Positions 1 to 9,551 of a DNA stretch of 64,000 nucleotides are shown here, piece after piece. How positions within the stretch are numbered: position 1 is the first letter of the stretch; each line of letters starts with the position of its first letter. Both the position numbers and the translations under genes were made by a program. This DNA comes from an uncultured Pelagibacteraceae bacterium (GTDB lineage: Bacteria > Pseudomonadota > Alphaproteobacteria > Pelagibacterales > Pelagibacteraceae), in the NCBI GenBank assembly GCA_902525565.1, contig CABZHY010000002.1:2221-66220 (forward strand), written 5' to 3'. The notes below the pieces were generated by a model that was not told where the DNA came from, did no database searches, and saw nothing but the letters and a program-made list of their open reading frames with translations.

Positions 1-2124
1 AATGAAGTGTGGGCTGATTATTTAAAAAGAGAAAGATCAAAAGCTAGATACATGGGACTTGATCAAGAATTTATTTCTCTAGAAGAAGTAAAAAAGAAAC
101 ATCCATTAATTGATCCGTCTAGATATTTGTTAGCATTATGGGATCCTATTGATGGAGAGGTTGATCCATCAGGAGTTACATACGCTTTTGCAAAAGCTGC
201 AAAAGTTCATGGTGGTAAGTATTATACCCACACAGTGGTTAAAGATACTAAACAAAAAAAAGATGGTTCATGGGAAGTATTTACCGACAAAGGAAATATA
301 AATGCTGAAATAGTAATTAATGCAGGTGGACTTTGGGCAAGAGAAGTTGGACAATTAGCTGGGTTAAATCTTCCTGTACAACCAATGGAGCACCATTATC
401 TAATCACTGAACCTATTCCTGAAATAGAAGCAATGGGTGACCAAAGATTGCCAATAGGAACAGATTTTGAGGGAAATATTTACTTTAGACAAGAAGGTAA
501 AGGAATGTTGCTTGGAACCTATGAGCCAAAATCAACACCTTGGAAAGTAGAAGGTACACCAATGAATTTTGGTCATGAGTTACTTGAGCCGAAGTTGGAT
601 AATATAGAAGATAGATTAGCAATTGGTTTTGAAAGAATGCCAGCTTTAGAGCGTGCAGGTATAAAAAATATAGTTAATGGTCCTTTTACTTTTGGTCCAG
701 ACGGAAGCCCTTTGATTGGTCCAGTACCAGGTATGAAAAATTATTGGGTTGCAGTTGGTGTTATGGCTGGATTTTGCCAAGGGGGCGGTGTCGGGAAATG
801 TATTGCTGAATGGATTATTGATGGAGAGCCTTCTATTGATGTTTGGGCAATGGATGTTGCTCGTTTTGGAGATTATGCTTCACCTCAGTATGGAACCATT
901 AAATCTTCAGAAAATTATGAGCGAAGATTTATTATGACTTTTCCAAATGAAACTTTACCAAAGGGAAGAAAACAAAAAACAACAGCTCTTTATGATCGTT
1001 TTGTAAATCAAGGAGCTGTTATGGGAGATAGTTTTGGTTTAGAAAACGTTTTGTGGTTTGCGAACAATAAAGAAGATGCTCACGAAGAGCCTACTATTAA
1101 AAGATCGAGATCACATGACTATGTTTCAAATGAAGTTATTAATGTAAGAGAAAATGTTGGTTTAATCGAGGTTGCTAACTTTTCAAAACATGAATTCAAA
1201 GGTCCAGATGCTAGAAAATTTTTAGATCATATAATGGCTGGAAGACTCCCAAAACCTGGAAGAATATCTTTATCACCAATGTTGTCATATAGAGGAAAAT
1301 TATGTGGTGATCTAACTGTGGCATGTTTAGATGAAAATGAATTTATGGTGTTTGGCTCTGGCGCTGCTCAAGAAATGCATAGACGTTGGTTTGAAAGTCA
1401 CTTAGATAAATTTAATTTAAATTATAAAAATAGATCTGATGAGTTCCATGGATTATCAATTGCAGGACCTAATTCAAGAAAGGTTTTAGAAAAAATAGTA
1501 AGAGATGATGTTTCAAATGAAAAATTTAAATTTAGAGATTCTAGAAGGATGTTTGTTGGAGGAGTTCCAGCAATAATAAATAGAATTTCATTTACTGGCG
1601 AACTCGGATATGAAATTTATGTAGCACCTCACTATCAATTAAAACTTTATGAAGAATTAATGGAAGCAGGAAAAGAATTTAATATTAAACCATTTGGTGG
1701 AAGAGCATTAATGTCAATGAGGTTAGAGAAAAATTGGGGAGCTTGGACTTTAGATTATAGACCAGATTTTACTGCAAAAGAGACAGGCTTAGATGTTTTT
1801 ATTAATTGGGATAAAGAGTTTATTGGTAAAGAAAGCGCACAAAAGGAAAATTCTTCAAATAAACTCATACCATTAATTGTTGAAACAAATGAAATTGATG
1901 TAACAAATAATGAAGCTGTTATGAATGGCGATCAAAGTATTGGTTATGTAACTTCAGGTGGTTTTGCTCATTTTGTAAATAAAAGTGTAGCGTTTAGTTT
2001 TGTTGATCAAAAATCCATTAATTCTGAAAATAAAATTCAAGTAGAGATTAATGGAGATTTATTTAATTGTTCAATAATTAAAGAACCACTTTATGATCCA
2101 AGTGGCCAAAAAATGAGAAGCTAA
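1..2124 (+). CDS. GcvT-family FAD-dependent oxidoreductase (dimethylglycine/sarcosine dehydrogenase-like), 5'-truncated by the window edge
   Basis: Frame is open from base 1 (NEVWADY...). DAO-domain motifs (VINAGGLWAREVG, NGPFTFGPDG) plus GcvT folate-binding motif (RISFTGELGYEI). The N-terminal GxGxxG lies outside the window. Confidence 0.9.
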   Translation, partial: NEVWADYLKRERSKARYMGLDQEFISLEEVKKKHPLIDPSRYLLALWDPIDGEVDPSGVTYAFAKAAKVHGGKYYTHTVVKDTKQKKDGSWEVFTDKGNINAEIVINAGGLWAREVGQLAGLNLPVQPMEHHYLITEPIPEIEAMGDQRLPIGTDFEGNIYFRQEGKGMLLGTYEPKSTPWKVEGTPMNFGHELLEPKLDNIEDRLAIGFERMPALERAGIKNIVNGPFTFGPDGSPLIGPVPGMKNYWVAVGVMAGFCQGGGVGKCIAEWIIDGEPSIDVWAMDVARFGDYASPQYGTIKSSENYERRFIMTFPNETLPKGRKQKTTALYDRFVNQGAVMGDSFGLENVLWFANNKEDAHEEPTIKRSRSHDYVSNEVINVRENVGLIEVANFSKHEFKGPDARKFLDHIMAGRLPKPGRISLSPMLSYRGKLCGDLTVACLDENEFMVFGSGAAQEMHRRWFESHLDKFNLNYKNRSDEFHGLSIAGPNSRKVLEKIVRDDVSNEKFKFRDSRRMFVGGVPAIINRISFTGELGYEIYVAPHYQLKLYEELMEAGKEFNIKPFGGRALMSMRLEKNWGAWTLDYRPDFTAKETGLDVFINWDKEFIGKESAQKENSSNKLIPLIVETNEIDVTNNEAVMNGDQSIGYVTSGGFAHFVNKSVAFSFVDQKSINSENKIQVEINGDLFNCSIIKEPLYDPSGQKMRS

Positions 2125-2759
2125 TGGCTCAAAAAGACGTAGGAAACAAAATTCCAATTTATAAACTTAAAACTACTGATGAAGTTATGAAGTACTACGA
2201 TGAGTGGGGAGATAAAGATAAATACAATAAAGACATGGTTGATTGGAACTATACAGGACCTAAAGAAACCGCAGAAATATTTAACAAATATGAAAAAAAT
2301 AAAGATACTTTAATTTTTGATGCTGGATGTGGAACAGGTTTAGTTGGAATAGAGCTTAAAAAATATAGTTTTAAAAATTTTCATGGAGCTGATTTATCTC
2401 AAACTTTATTAGATACTGTACCAAAAGATCTTTATCAAAAATTAGTAAAAGTTGATTTAAATAAACCAATAGAAGTTGAGAATAACTTTTATGGCGGAGT
2501 TATGTGTGTTGGAACATTTACTTTTGGGCATGTAAAACCAAATGCATTAGATGAGTTTATAAGAATAACAAAACCAGGTGGGTTAATTTGTTTTACTATT
2601 AACGAAGGTATTCATGAAGAATATGGATTTGATAAAAAAATCATAAGTTTAAACCAAAATAATAAATGGGAAGAAATAGAGTTTTTTAAATCAGACTATA
2701 TTGCTAGCAAAGATGTAAATGCTTGGTTAGGTTTGTACAGGGTTACGAAAGATGTATAG
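2124..2759 (+). CDS. Class I SAM-dependent methyltransferase
   Basis: Motif I DAGCGTG, post-I GADLS, and ITKPGG; TAATG coupling to the upstream gene. Confidence 0.9.
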   Translation: MAQKDVGNKIPIYKLKTTDEVMKYYDEWGDKDKYNKDMVDWNYTGPKETAEIFNKYEKNKDTLIFDAGCGTGLVGIELKKYSFKNFHGADLSQTLLDTVPKDLYQKLVKVDLNKPIEVENNFYGGVMCVGTFTFGHVKPNALDEFIRITKPGGLICFTINEGIHEEYGFDKKIISLNQNNKWEEIEFFKSDYIASKDVNAWLGLYRVTKDV

Positions 2760-3123
2760 ACCGTTGCCAAAAAATCTTACTATAAAAGACTCAAAAATTG
2801 ATGGTTTGGGTTTATTTTCTATAACCAAAATTAAGAAAAATTCTTTTATAGGGATATCACATGTGAAAGACGATGATTTTCAAGACATGTATATTAGAAC
2901 TCCTCTTGGTGGTTTCTATAATCACTCAAAAAATCCAAATGTAACTAAATTATCATCAAACACATTCCCTAAATATGACTTTGGTCAGAATATTGAGGAG
3001 AAAATCAAAGAGACACCGGAAGATAAAAACAATAATAATTTAAAGTATTTTTATTTAGTTTCATTAAAAGATATTGAACCAGGTGAAGAAATTTTAGCGA
3101 AATATACTTTTTATGAATTTTAA
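2752..3123 (+). CDS. SET-domain protein (putative lysine methyltransferase)
   Basis: GLGLFS, YNHSKNPN and DIEPGEEILAKY match SET motifs GxG, NHSxxPN and GEELxxxY. Confidence 0.8.
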   Translation: MYRPLPKNLTIKDSKIDGLGLFSITKIKKNSFIGISHVKDDDFQDMYIRTPLGGFYNHSKNPNVTKLSSNTFPKYDFGQNIEEKIKETPEDKNNNNLKYFYLVSLKDIEPGEEILAKYTFYEF

Positions 3124-3141
3124 TGTATTATTTATATAATC

Positions 3142-4377
3142 ATGAAATTTAAAAGAAAAATAGCTCCAGAAATAAAACCAAGGCAAAATTTTATTACTAA
3201 AAAGAGATTAAGAGAAGACGAGATTGATTTTGATAAATTAAGATCATATCGTTTAGATAGGGTTAGAAAAGAATTAGTAAAAAACAATTTAGAGGCTTGT
3301 ATTCTATTTGATCCTGTAAATGTTCGTTATGCTTTAGATACTGTAAACATGAGCGTCTATAATATGCATAATTTAACAAGATATTGTTTTGTACCGGTCA
3401 ATGGACCAACTATTCTTTATGAGTATTTTAATTGTGAAATATTATCAAAGCATTTAAATCTAATTGACGAAATAAGACCTGCAATCACATGGGATTATTT
3501 CAGCAATGGAGATCAAGCAAATTTACAATTATCAAAATGGATAAATGAAGTTAAAGATTTATCAAAAAATTATTTTAAAACAAAAAAAATTGCAATCGAT
3601 GTTTTAAATGGTCCTGCGGTTACAGCTTTAAATAAAGAAGGCATTGAAGTTGTAGATGCAAAATTGATTTTAGAACAAGCAAGGGTAATAAAATCACCTG
3701 ATGAATTGACTTGTATGAAAGCAGCAATAGAAGTTGCAGAAAAAGGTGTATCAAAAATGAGATCAGATCTTAAACCAGGAATGACTGAAGATGAATTGTG
3801 GTCAATTTTACATAAAACGAATATTGAAAATGGAGGCGAATGGATTGAATGTAGAATTTTATCTTCAGGAGAAAGAACAAATCCATGGATGCAAGAAAGT
3901 AGTAATAAAGTTATTCAACAGGGAGAAATAGTTGCCTTTGATACTGATATGGTTGGTCCTTATGGATATTGCGCAGATATTTCTAGAGCTTTTGTAGTTG
4001 GACATAAATTTAATGATGAGCAAAAAAAACTATATTCAATGGCTAGAAATCAAATTGATCATAATTTTAGATTAATAAAACAAGGAATGAGTTTTAAAGA
4101 ATTTGTTAAAAAATCTTGGGTTTTGCCTGATGAATATTATGGAAATAGGTATTCATGTATGGTTCATGGAATTGGTTTATGTGATGAGTGGCCTCAAATA
4201 AGATATCCAACTGATGGTGGAGAAGAAGGTGGAACTTTTGAGAAGAACATGACAATCACACTTGAGAGTTATATTGGTAAAGTTGGTGGTAAAGAAGGTG
4301 TAAAACTTGAACAACAATACCTTGTTGGTGAAAATGGACTTGAATTAATGTCCCATCATCCATTAGAAGATATTTAA
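3142..4377 (+). CDS. dddP: M24 metallopeptidase-fold protein, DMSP lyase DddP-like
   Basis: GGEWIECRILSSGERTNPW, FDTDMVGPYGYCADISR, HGIGLCDEWP and GVKLEQQ resemble DddP metal-ligand segments. The family call is firm; DMSP lyase activity is inferred. Confidence 0.65.
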   Translation: MKFKRKIAPEIKPRQNFITKKRLREDEIDFDKLRSYRLDRVRKELVKNNLEACILFDPVNVRYALDTVNMSVYNMHNLTRYCFVPVNGPTILYEYFNCEILSKHLNLIDEIRPAITWDYFSNGDQANLQLSKWINEVKDLSKNYFKTKKIAIDVLNGPAVTALNKEGIEVVDAKLILEQARVIKSPDELTCMKAAIEVAEKGVSKMRSDLKPGMTEDELWSILHKTNIENGGEWIECRILSSGERTNPWMQESSNKVIQQGEIVAFDTDMVGPYGYCADISRAFVVGHKFNDEQKKLYSMARNQIDHNFRLIKQGMSFKEFVKKSWVLPDEYYGNRYSCMVHGIGLCDEWPQIRYPTDGGEEGGTFEKNMTITLESYIGKVGGKEGVKLEQQYLVGENGLELMSHHPLEDI

Positions 4378-4787
4378 TGAAAATTATTTTGGTAATGGGT
4401 TTACCTGGAGCTGGTAAAACAACTCTAGCAAATGAAATGGCACCACTCTTAAATGCAAAAAGATTAAATGCTGACGAAGTAAGAAAAGCTGCAAATGATT
4501 GGGATTTTTCAAAAGAAGGAAGGGTAAGGCAAGCAAAAAGAATGGCTGAGGCAGCTTTAAAAATAAAAGTAGAAGGTCATTATGTAATTGCTGATTTCAT
4601 TGCACCAACCCCTGAAGCAAGAAGTTTGTTTCCAGCAGATTTTAGAGTGTGGGTCGATACAATTAAAGAAGGAAGATTTGAAGACACAAATCAAATGTTT
4701 GTTAATCCTAAGAATTTTGATTTTCATGTAACAACTCAGGATGCAAAAAATTGGGCACCAAAAATAATAAAGGAGATAAAAAAATGA
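4377..4787 (+). CDS. Short P-loop kinase (adenylyl-sulfate kinase-like/AAA_33-like)
   Basis: Walker A GLPGAGKTT, NADEVR, DFSxEGR; only 136 aa. Confidence 0.8.
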   Translation: MKIILVMGLPGAGKTTLANEMAPLLNAKRLNADEVRKAANDWDFSKEGRVRQAKRMAEAALKIKVEGHYVIADFIAPTPEARSLFPADFRVWVDTIKEGRFEDTNQMFVNPKNFDFHVTTQDAKNWAPKIIKEIKK

Positions 4788-5158
4788 CACACCAATGGGA
4801 CAACAAAAAACCAACAGCACAAATGTTAGGAAGATGGCAACCTTTTCATGATGGACATTATACTTTGTTTAAAGAAATTATTAAAAAAACTGGACAAGTA
4901 TGTATTCAAATTAGAGATGTACAAGGTGTAGATGACAATCCTTTTGATTTTGATACAGTAAAAAAAAATATTGAAGAAAGGTTAAACCCTGAGTTTGAGG
5001 GACAATTTAAAATAATGTTAGTACCTAACATTACAAATATTTGTTATGGTAGAGGAGTTGGATACAAGATTGAGGAAATAGTTTTGGACGAAGAAACACA
5101 AAAAATATCAGCTACCAAAATAAGAGCAAAAATGAGAGAAGAGGGAAAGTTAAAGTAA
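4784..5158 (+). CDS. HxGH-type nucleotidyltransferase (cytidylyltransferase/NMNAT-like)
   Basis: GRWQPFHDGH and ISATKIR motifs. Start moved to ATG 4784 (AAGGAG SD, ATGA overlap with the kinase stop). Confidence 0.85.
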   Translation: MTHQWDNKKPTAQMLGRWQPFHDGHYTLFKEIIKKTGQVCIQIRDVQGVDDNPFDFDTVKKNIEERLNPEFEGQFKIMLVPNITNICYGRGVGYKIEEIVLDEETQKISATKIRAKMREEGKLK

Positions 5159-5164
5159 AATTAA

Positions 5165-6016
5165 ATGAACGATAGACTTAAGACTATTGTAGATTTAGAA
5201 AAATATCCAATACACGAATTAAATTCGCAAATAATTAAAAATCTAGTTAAAAAATGTAAAAAAGAACTTGATCAATATAGTTGTTCAACACTTCCAAATT
5301 TTATTTTACCTAAATCACTTAAGGTAATGAATTCTGAGTTAGAAAAACAATTAGACGAAGTTTATATGTCTAAAGAGAGTATAAATGCTTACTTGTATGC
5401 AAAGGACGATCCTTCATTACCAAAAGATCATCCAAAAAGAACTTTTATGAATAGATATAATGGATATTTAAATTCAGATTGTTTCCCAAAAGACTCTGAA
5501 ATGAAATATCTTTATGAGACTAACGAACTTTTAAAATTTGTTTCTGCTTGTTTAGGCGTTTCTCCTATTTTCAGATGGGCAGATCCTCTAGCATGTCATG
5601 CATATAATGTTATGAACCCAGACGGAGTACTTCCATGGCATTTTGATAGTTGTGAATTTACACTAAGTTTAATGATACAAAAACCTGAGAAGGGGGGCGT
5701 ATTTGAGTACTGTCCAAATATCAGAGAACCTGGAAACGAAAATTTCGAAGAAGTTCAAAAAGTTATAGCAGGGGATAGAACTAGAGTTAGGCAATTGAAG
5801 TTAGAGCCAGGAGATTTACAAATATTTAAAGGTAGATTTACTTTACATAGAGTAACAAAAGTTGAAGGCCAAAAATCAAGATATATGTGTATTCCAGCTT
5901 ATGTTTTAGATCCATGGAGAGTTAACACTCCTGAGCACTCCAAAGCTATTTATGGCAAAGTTTTACCAATTCATATAGAAAGAAATCAGGCTAGATCCGA
6001 TGGATTAACTGATTAA
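5165..6016 (+). CDS. Fe(II)/2-oxoglutarate dioxygenase, BesD/HalD-like fold with HxD (hydroxylase type)
   Basis: WHFD...GGVFEYCPNIR...GDLQIFKGRFTLHRVT...R: facial triad plus 2OG-binding Arg. Confidence 0.75.
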   Translation: MNDRLKTIVDLEKYPIHELNSQIIKNLVKKCKKELDQYSCSTLPNFILPKSLKVMNSELEKQLDEVYMSKESINAYLYAKDDPSLPKDHPKRTFMNRYNGYLNSDCFPKDSEMKYLYETNELLKFVSACLGVSPIFRWADPLACHAYNVMNPDGVLPWHFDSCEFTLSLMIQKPEKGGVFEYCPNIREPGNENFEEVQKVIAGDRTRVRQLKLEPGDLQIFKGRFTLHRVTKVEGQKSRYMCIPAYVLDPWRVNTPEHSKAIYGKVLPIHIERNQARSDGLTD

Positions 6017-6796
6017 ATGACTAGTAACATTAAAATTAAAAAAATTAACAATGAAGTTTCATCAATTATCATTGATGAACCTAAAACTTATAACTCTTTA
6101 TCATTCAAAAATCTTTCAGATTTATTAAAGGCATTAAAAAAATTAGATACTGATAAAAAAGTTAAAGTAATAATATTAGAGGGCGCTGGTAAAGGATTTA
6201 GTGCAGGACACAACTTAAAAGAAGTGAGAGGTTTAAAAAAGAGAGATAAATATCTTAAGTTATTTAATCTTTGTTCAAAAGTAATGCTTCAAATTGTTGA
6301 AGGCAGAAAACCAGTTGTTGCTAAAGTTCATGGTGCAGCATTTGCTGCTGGCTGTCAATTGGTTGCAAGTTGTGATTTAGCATATAGCACAAAAGATGCA
6401 TTGTTCGCTACTCCCGGTGTAAATATTGGTTTGTTTTGTAGTACACCTATGGTTGCTGTAAGCAGAAAGATTAATCGTAAACCAATGATGAAAATGTTGT
6501 TAACAGGAGAACCAATCAAAGCTAATTATGCAAAAGAAATAGGATTAATAAATGATTATTTTTCAAAATCAAAATTAAATAATGAAGTGTTAAAGGTTGC
6601 AAACAAAATTGCCTCAAAATCTAATTTGACAATTAAAATTGGAAAACAAGCTTTTTACAAACAATTAGAAATGCCTTTAGACAAGGCTTATGCTTATACA
6701 AGCAAAATGATGACTCTTAACATGATGGCAATGGACGCTAAAGAAGGAATTTCTGCTTTTTTAGAGAAAAGAAAACCAAATTGGAAAAATAAATAG
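6017..6796 (+). CDS. Enoyl-CoA hydratase/isomerase family protein
   Basis: FSAGHNL, AKVHGAAFAAGCQLVASCD, EGISAFLEKR. Confidence 0.9.
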   Translation: MTSNIKIKKINNEVSSIIIDEPKTYNSLSFKNLSDLLKALKKLDTDKKVKVIILEGAGKGFSAGHNLKEVRGLKKRDKYLKLFNLCSKVMLQIVEGRKPVVAKVHGAAFAAGCQLVASCDLAYSTKDALFATPGVNIGLFCSTPMVAVSRKINRKPMMKMLLTGEPIKANYAKEIGLINDYFSKSKLNNEVLKVANKIASKSNLTIKIGKQAFYKQLEMPLDKAYAYTSKMMTLNMMAMDAKEGISAFLEKRKPNWKNK

Positions 6797-6975
6797 TGAT
6801 AAAAAATATTTTAATAGTAGTTTTTATTATTATTGGTGCATTCGTAATTTATAATTTTAAAGATCATAATAAAAAAAGAGCGATCGAAGCATGTGTAGCT
6901 GGAACTAAAACATTGGAAAAACAAATGACTGCTTCTGAAGCTAGAATATTTTGTGAGAAACAGATTAAAAAATAA
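6796..6975 (+). CDS. 59-aa membrane-anchored small protein (not in the ORF track)
   Basis: GTG start overlaps the upstream TAG. Translation MIKNILIVVFIIIGAFVIYNFKDHNKKRAIEACVAG...RIFCEKQIKK: N-terminal TM helix, two Cys, fills the gap exactly. Confidence 0.65.
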   Translation: MIKNILIVVFIIIGAFVIYNFKDHNKKRAIEACVAGTKTLEKQMTASEARIFCEKQIKK

Positions 6976-6978
6976 TAA

Positions 6979-7413
6979 ATGAGTGATATTAAGGAAATTC
7001 TCTCAAAATATAAGACTATTGCTATGGTAGGAGTAAGCAATGATCCCACTAAAGCTTCAACAATTGTAATGAAATATATGCAAGAATATGGATATAAAGT
7101 TTATCCAGTAAACCCAAGAGCTGAGGGTCAAAAAATTTTAGGACAAAAGGTTTTTGCTAAAATATCAGATATTAAAGATCAAGTTGATATTGTAGATGTT
7201 TTTAGACCATCTAAAGAAGTTTATGCTATAGCAGAGGACACAATTAAAATTGGTGCTAAAGTTTTATGGTTACAGCTTGGTATAAGAGACGAAAAGGCAA
7301 AAGATTTGATGGAAAAAAATGATATTAAGTATGTTGAAAACAAATGTACTAAAATGGAATATCAAAAATATTTTCTGAAAGTTAGACAGGCGTTTCCAGT
7401 TTTGAGTGACTAA
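6979..7413 (+). CDS. CoA-binding protein (YccU-like)
   Basis: TIAMVGVS, YPVNP, VDIVDVFR, LWLQLGI. Confidence 0.9.
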   Translation: MSDIKEILSKYKTIAMVGVSNDPTKASTIVMKYMQEYGYKVYPVNPRAEGQKILGQKVFAKISDIKDQVDIVDVFRPSKEVYAIAEDTIKIGAKVLWLQLGIRDEKAKDLMEKNDIKYVENKCTKMEYQKYFLKVRQAFPVLSD

Positions 7414-9023
7414 TGGATAAAGTAATTAAGTTTTTAGATAGTACTTTTTTAGACTTGGGTCGACAATTTAAGTGGACCTACTTGCCACCGTTAATGGTTT
7501 ATATGGCTGCAGGTATATCTGGTCTAACAGGCATTGTTGGTACGTTCTTTGTGAAAGATTATTTAAATCTGTCTGCTGCATTTCTTGCAGGGCTAGGTTT
7601 TTGGGCAGGTATTCCTTGGGCATTAAAAATGCCACTTGGTCATTTAGTAGATCTTATTTGGGAAAGAAAAAATTATATGGTCTACTTTGGTGCATCATTA
7701 ATTGCAGTGAGTTTACTAATTATGTACGGACTTATTATTCATACAGAAGATATGTCCCAAATTTTATCTGTAGAAACATGGTTTGTTATAAGTGTAATTC
7801 TTGCCCCAGTTGGTTACGTAGTCCAAGATGTTGTTGCAGACGCAATGACAGTCGAAGCTGTGCCATTAACTGACGAAACAGGTAACGATTATTCTAAAGA
7901 TCAAATAAAGATAATGCATACAACAATGCAAACACTTGGACGTTTTGCAATAATTGGAGGTACAGTTCTTGTAGCACTAGTTAACGTAATTTTATTTAGA
8001 GATGTAGAAAGTTTAGAACAACCTGACAAAATTAATTTATATGGAAGTATTTATATCTATGCTCTTGTAATACCTCTGGTATCTATCTTAGGAGTTGTTC
8101 TAGCAAAATATTTAAGACTTAGAAAAATTCAAATTTTAAAATCTCAAGGTTTAGAATTTAAAGAGGAGAGAGCAAATGAAAAAACAAAAATAAATTGGTG
8201 GATATTAGGAGGAAGTTTAGTCTTTGTTATTTTCACATTATCTATTGGATCTTTTAAAGTACCATTTGCTCAAGAGATAGTTTTTATCGGTTCTGTAATT
8301 ATTATTTTATTTTTAATGTTTAAGCTGATCAAAGAATTACCTCAAGAATTAAGATTAACTATTGTAGGTACAGCAGTAATAATTTTTATTTTTAGAGCTA
8401 TGCCTGGACCTGGACCAGGATTGACATGGTTTGAAATTGATGAGCTTGGATTTAATGAGCAGTTTTTTTCCATCCTATCATTACTTGCATCAATCTTAAC
8501 ATTAGCTGGTATTGTTTTATTAAGACCATTTATGGCAAATAATTCAATTGCTAAAATAATTATTGTTTTAAGTATTGCAGGAGCAATTTTGTTTTTACCA
8601 AGTGTTGGAATGTATTATGGTTTTCATAATTGGACAGCTTCACTAACAGGTGGAGTGGTTGACGCTAAATTCATCGCATTAATAAACACAGCACTTGAGT
8701 CTCCTTTAGGACAAGTCTCAATGATTCCTCTTTTGGCATGGATAGCAAAAAATGCTCCAGCACACTTAAAAGCAACTTTTTTTGCAGTTTTTGCATCCTT
8801 TACAAATCTTGCGTTATCAGCAAGTGCATTAGGAACTAAGTATTTAAATGAAATCTTTACCGTTACAAGAGAAGTAAAAGATAAAGTTTCAGGTGAAATT
8901 CAAACTACAGCAGATTATTCTGAACTTGGGATTTTATTAATTGTTGTGACACTTTTGACATTAATTCTTCCAATATTATTTGTAATTATTATCAATAATA
9001 GTAAATACAAAACATCTGAGTAA
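7413..9023 (+). CDS. BT1/folate-biopterin-type MFS transporter
   Basis: About 12 hydrophobic segments; PWALKMPLGHLVD and QDVVADAMTVE resemble BT1-family motifs. Confidence 0.7.
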   Translation: MDKVIKFLDSTFLDLGRQFKWTYLPPLMVYMAAGISGLTGIVGTFFVKDYLNLSAAFLAGLGFWAGIPWALKMPLGHLVDLIWERKNYMVYFGASLIAVSLLIMYGLIIHTEDMSQILSVETWFVISVILAPVGYVVQDVVADAMTVEAVPLTDETGNDYSKDQIKIMHTTMQTLGRFAIIGGTVLVALVNVILFRDVESLEQPDKINLYGSIYIYALVIPLVSILGVVLAKYLRLRKIQILKSQGLEFKEERANEKTKINWWILGGSLVFVIFTLSIGSFKVPFAQEIVFIGSVIIILFLMFKLIKELPQELRLTIVGTAVIIFIFRAMPGPGPGLTWFEIDELGFNEQFFSILSLLASILTLAGIVLLRPFMANNSIAKIIIVLSIAGAILFLPSVGMYYGFHNWTASLTGGVVDAKFIALINTALESPLGQVSMIPLLAWIAKNAPAHLKATFFAVFASFTNLALSASALGTKYLNEIFTVTREVKDKVSGEIQTTADYSELGILLIVVTLLTLILPILFVIIINNSKYKTSE

Positions 9024-9034
9024 TTATTTTTAAA

Positions 9035-9496
9035 ATGAAAACTATTTTTAAAGTATTAATTTTATTATTAATATCTTCGACTTTTTCAAATGCTGAACTA
9101 TTAAATCCAAATAGCAATATTAAACCAAAAGAAGTAATAAAGATTCAACTTAATGGGCTTCAAAAAAATGATTCTAAATTTAAAGATAGTGGAATTGAAC
9201 AAACTTGGAATTTTGCTCACCCAAATAACAAGAAAGTAACAGGACCATTAAGCAAGTTTAAGATGATGTTAAAAAGTGAATCTTATGGGATGATGATTAA
9301 TCACCTAAGTCATACAATCACTGAGCTTGGAAGTAGTGACAAATGGGCACAATTTGAGGTAATCATTCTTGATAAAAACAAGATTTATCACAAGTTTAAT
9401 TGGCAAGTTGAAAAGTATACTCTAGATGGAAGTTTAAAAGACTGTTGGTTAACTACAATGGTATCTAGCCCTATCCCTCTTGGAAGCTCAATTTGA
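9035..9496 (+). CDS. Exported protein, DUF4864-like
   Basis: Signal peptide (..TFSNA|E); PKEVIKIQL..LQ.ND, FAHP.N and C-terminal CWLT. Confidence 0.6.
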   Translation: MKTIFKVLILLLISSTFSNAELLNPNSNIKPKEVIKIQLNGLQKNDSKFKDSGIEQTWNFAHPNNKKVTGPLSKFKMMLKSESYGMMINHLSHTITELGSSDKWAQFEVIILDKNKIYHKFNWQVEKYTLDGSLKDCWLTTMVSSPIPLGSSI

Positions 9497-9551
9497 TTTT
9501 CAAGATACATTTTTGTTTCGTAACAATTAAAAATTTAGTAGGAATCGCTGA

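Noticed and set aside
4377-4787. Annotation as cysC (sulfate assimilation)
   Set aside because: The protein is too short and no other sulfate-reduction genes are present in the window; kept as a generic kinase.
6864-7049. 61-aa minus-strand ORF
   Set aside because: It overlaps the CoA-binding gene; the plus-strand 59-aa ORF explains the gap better.
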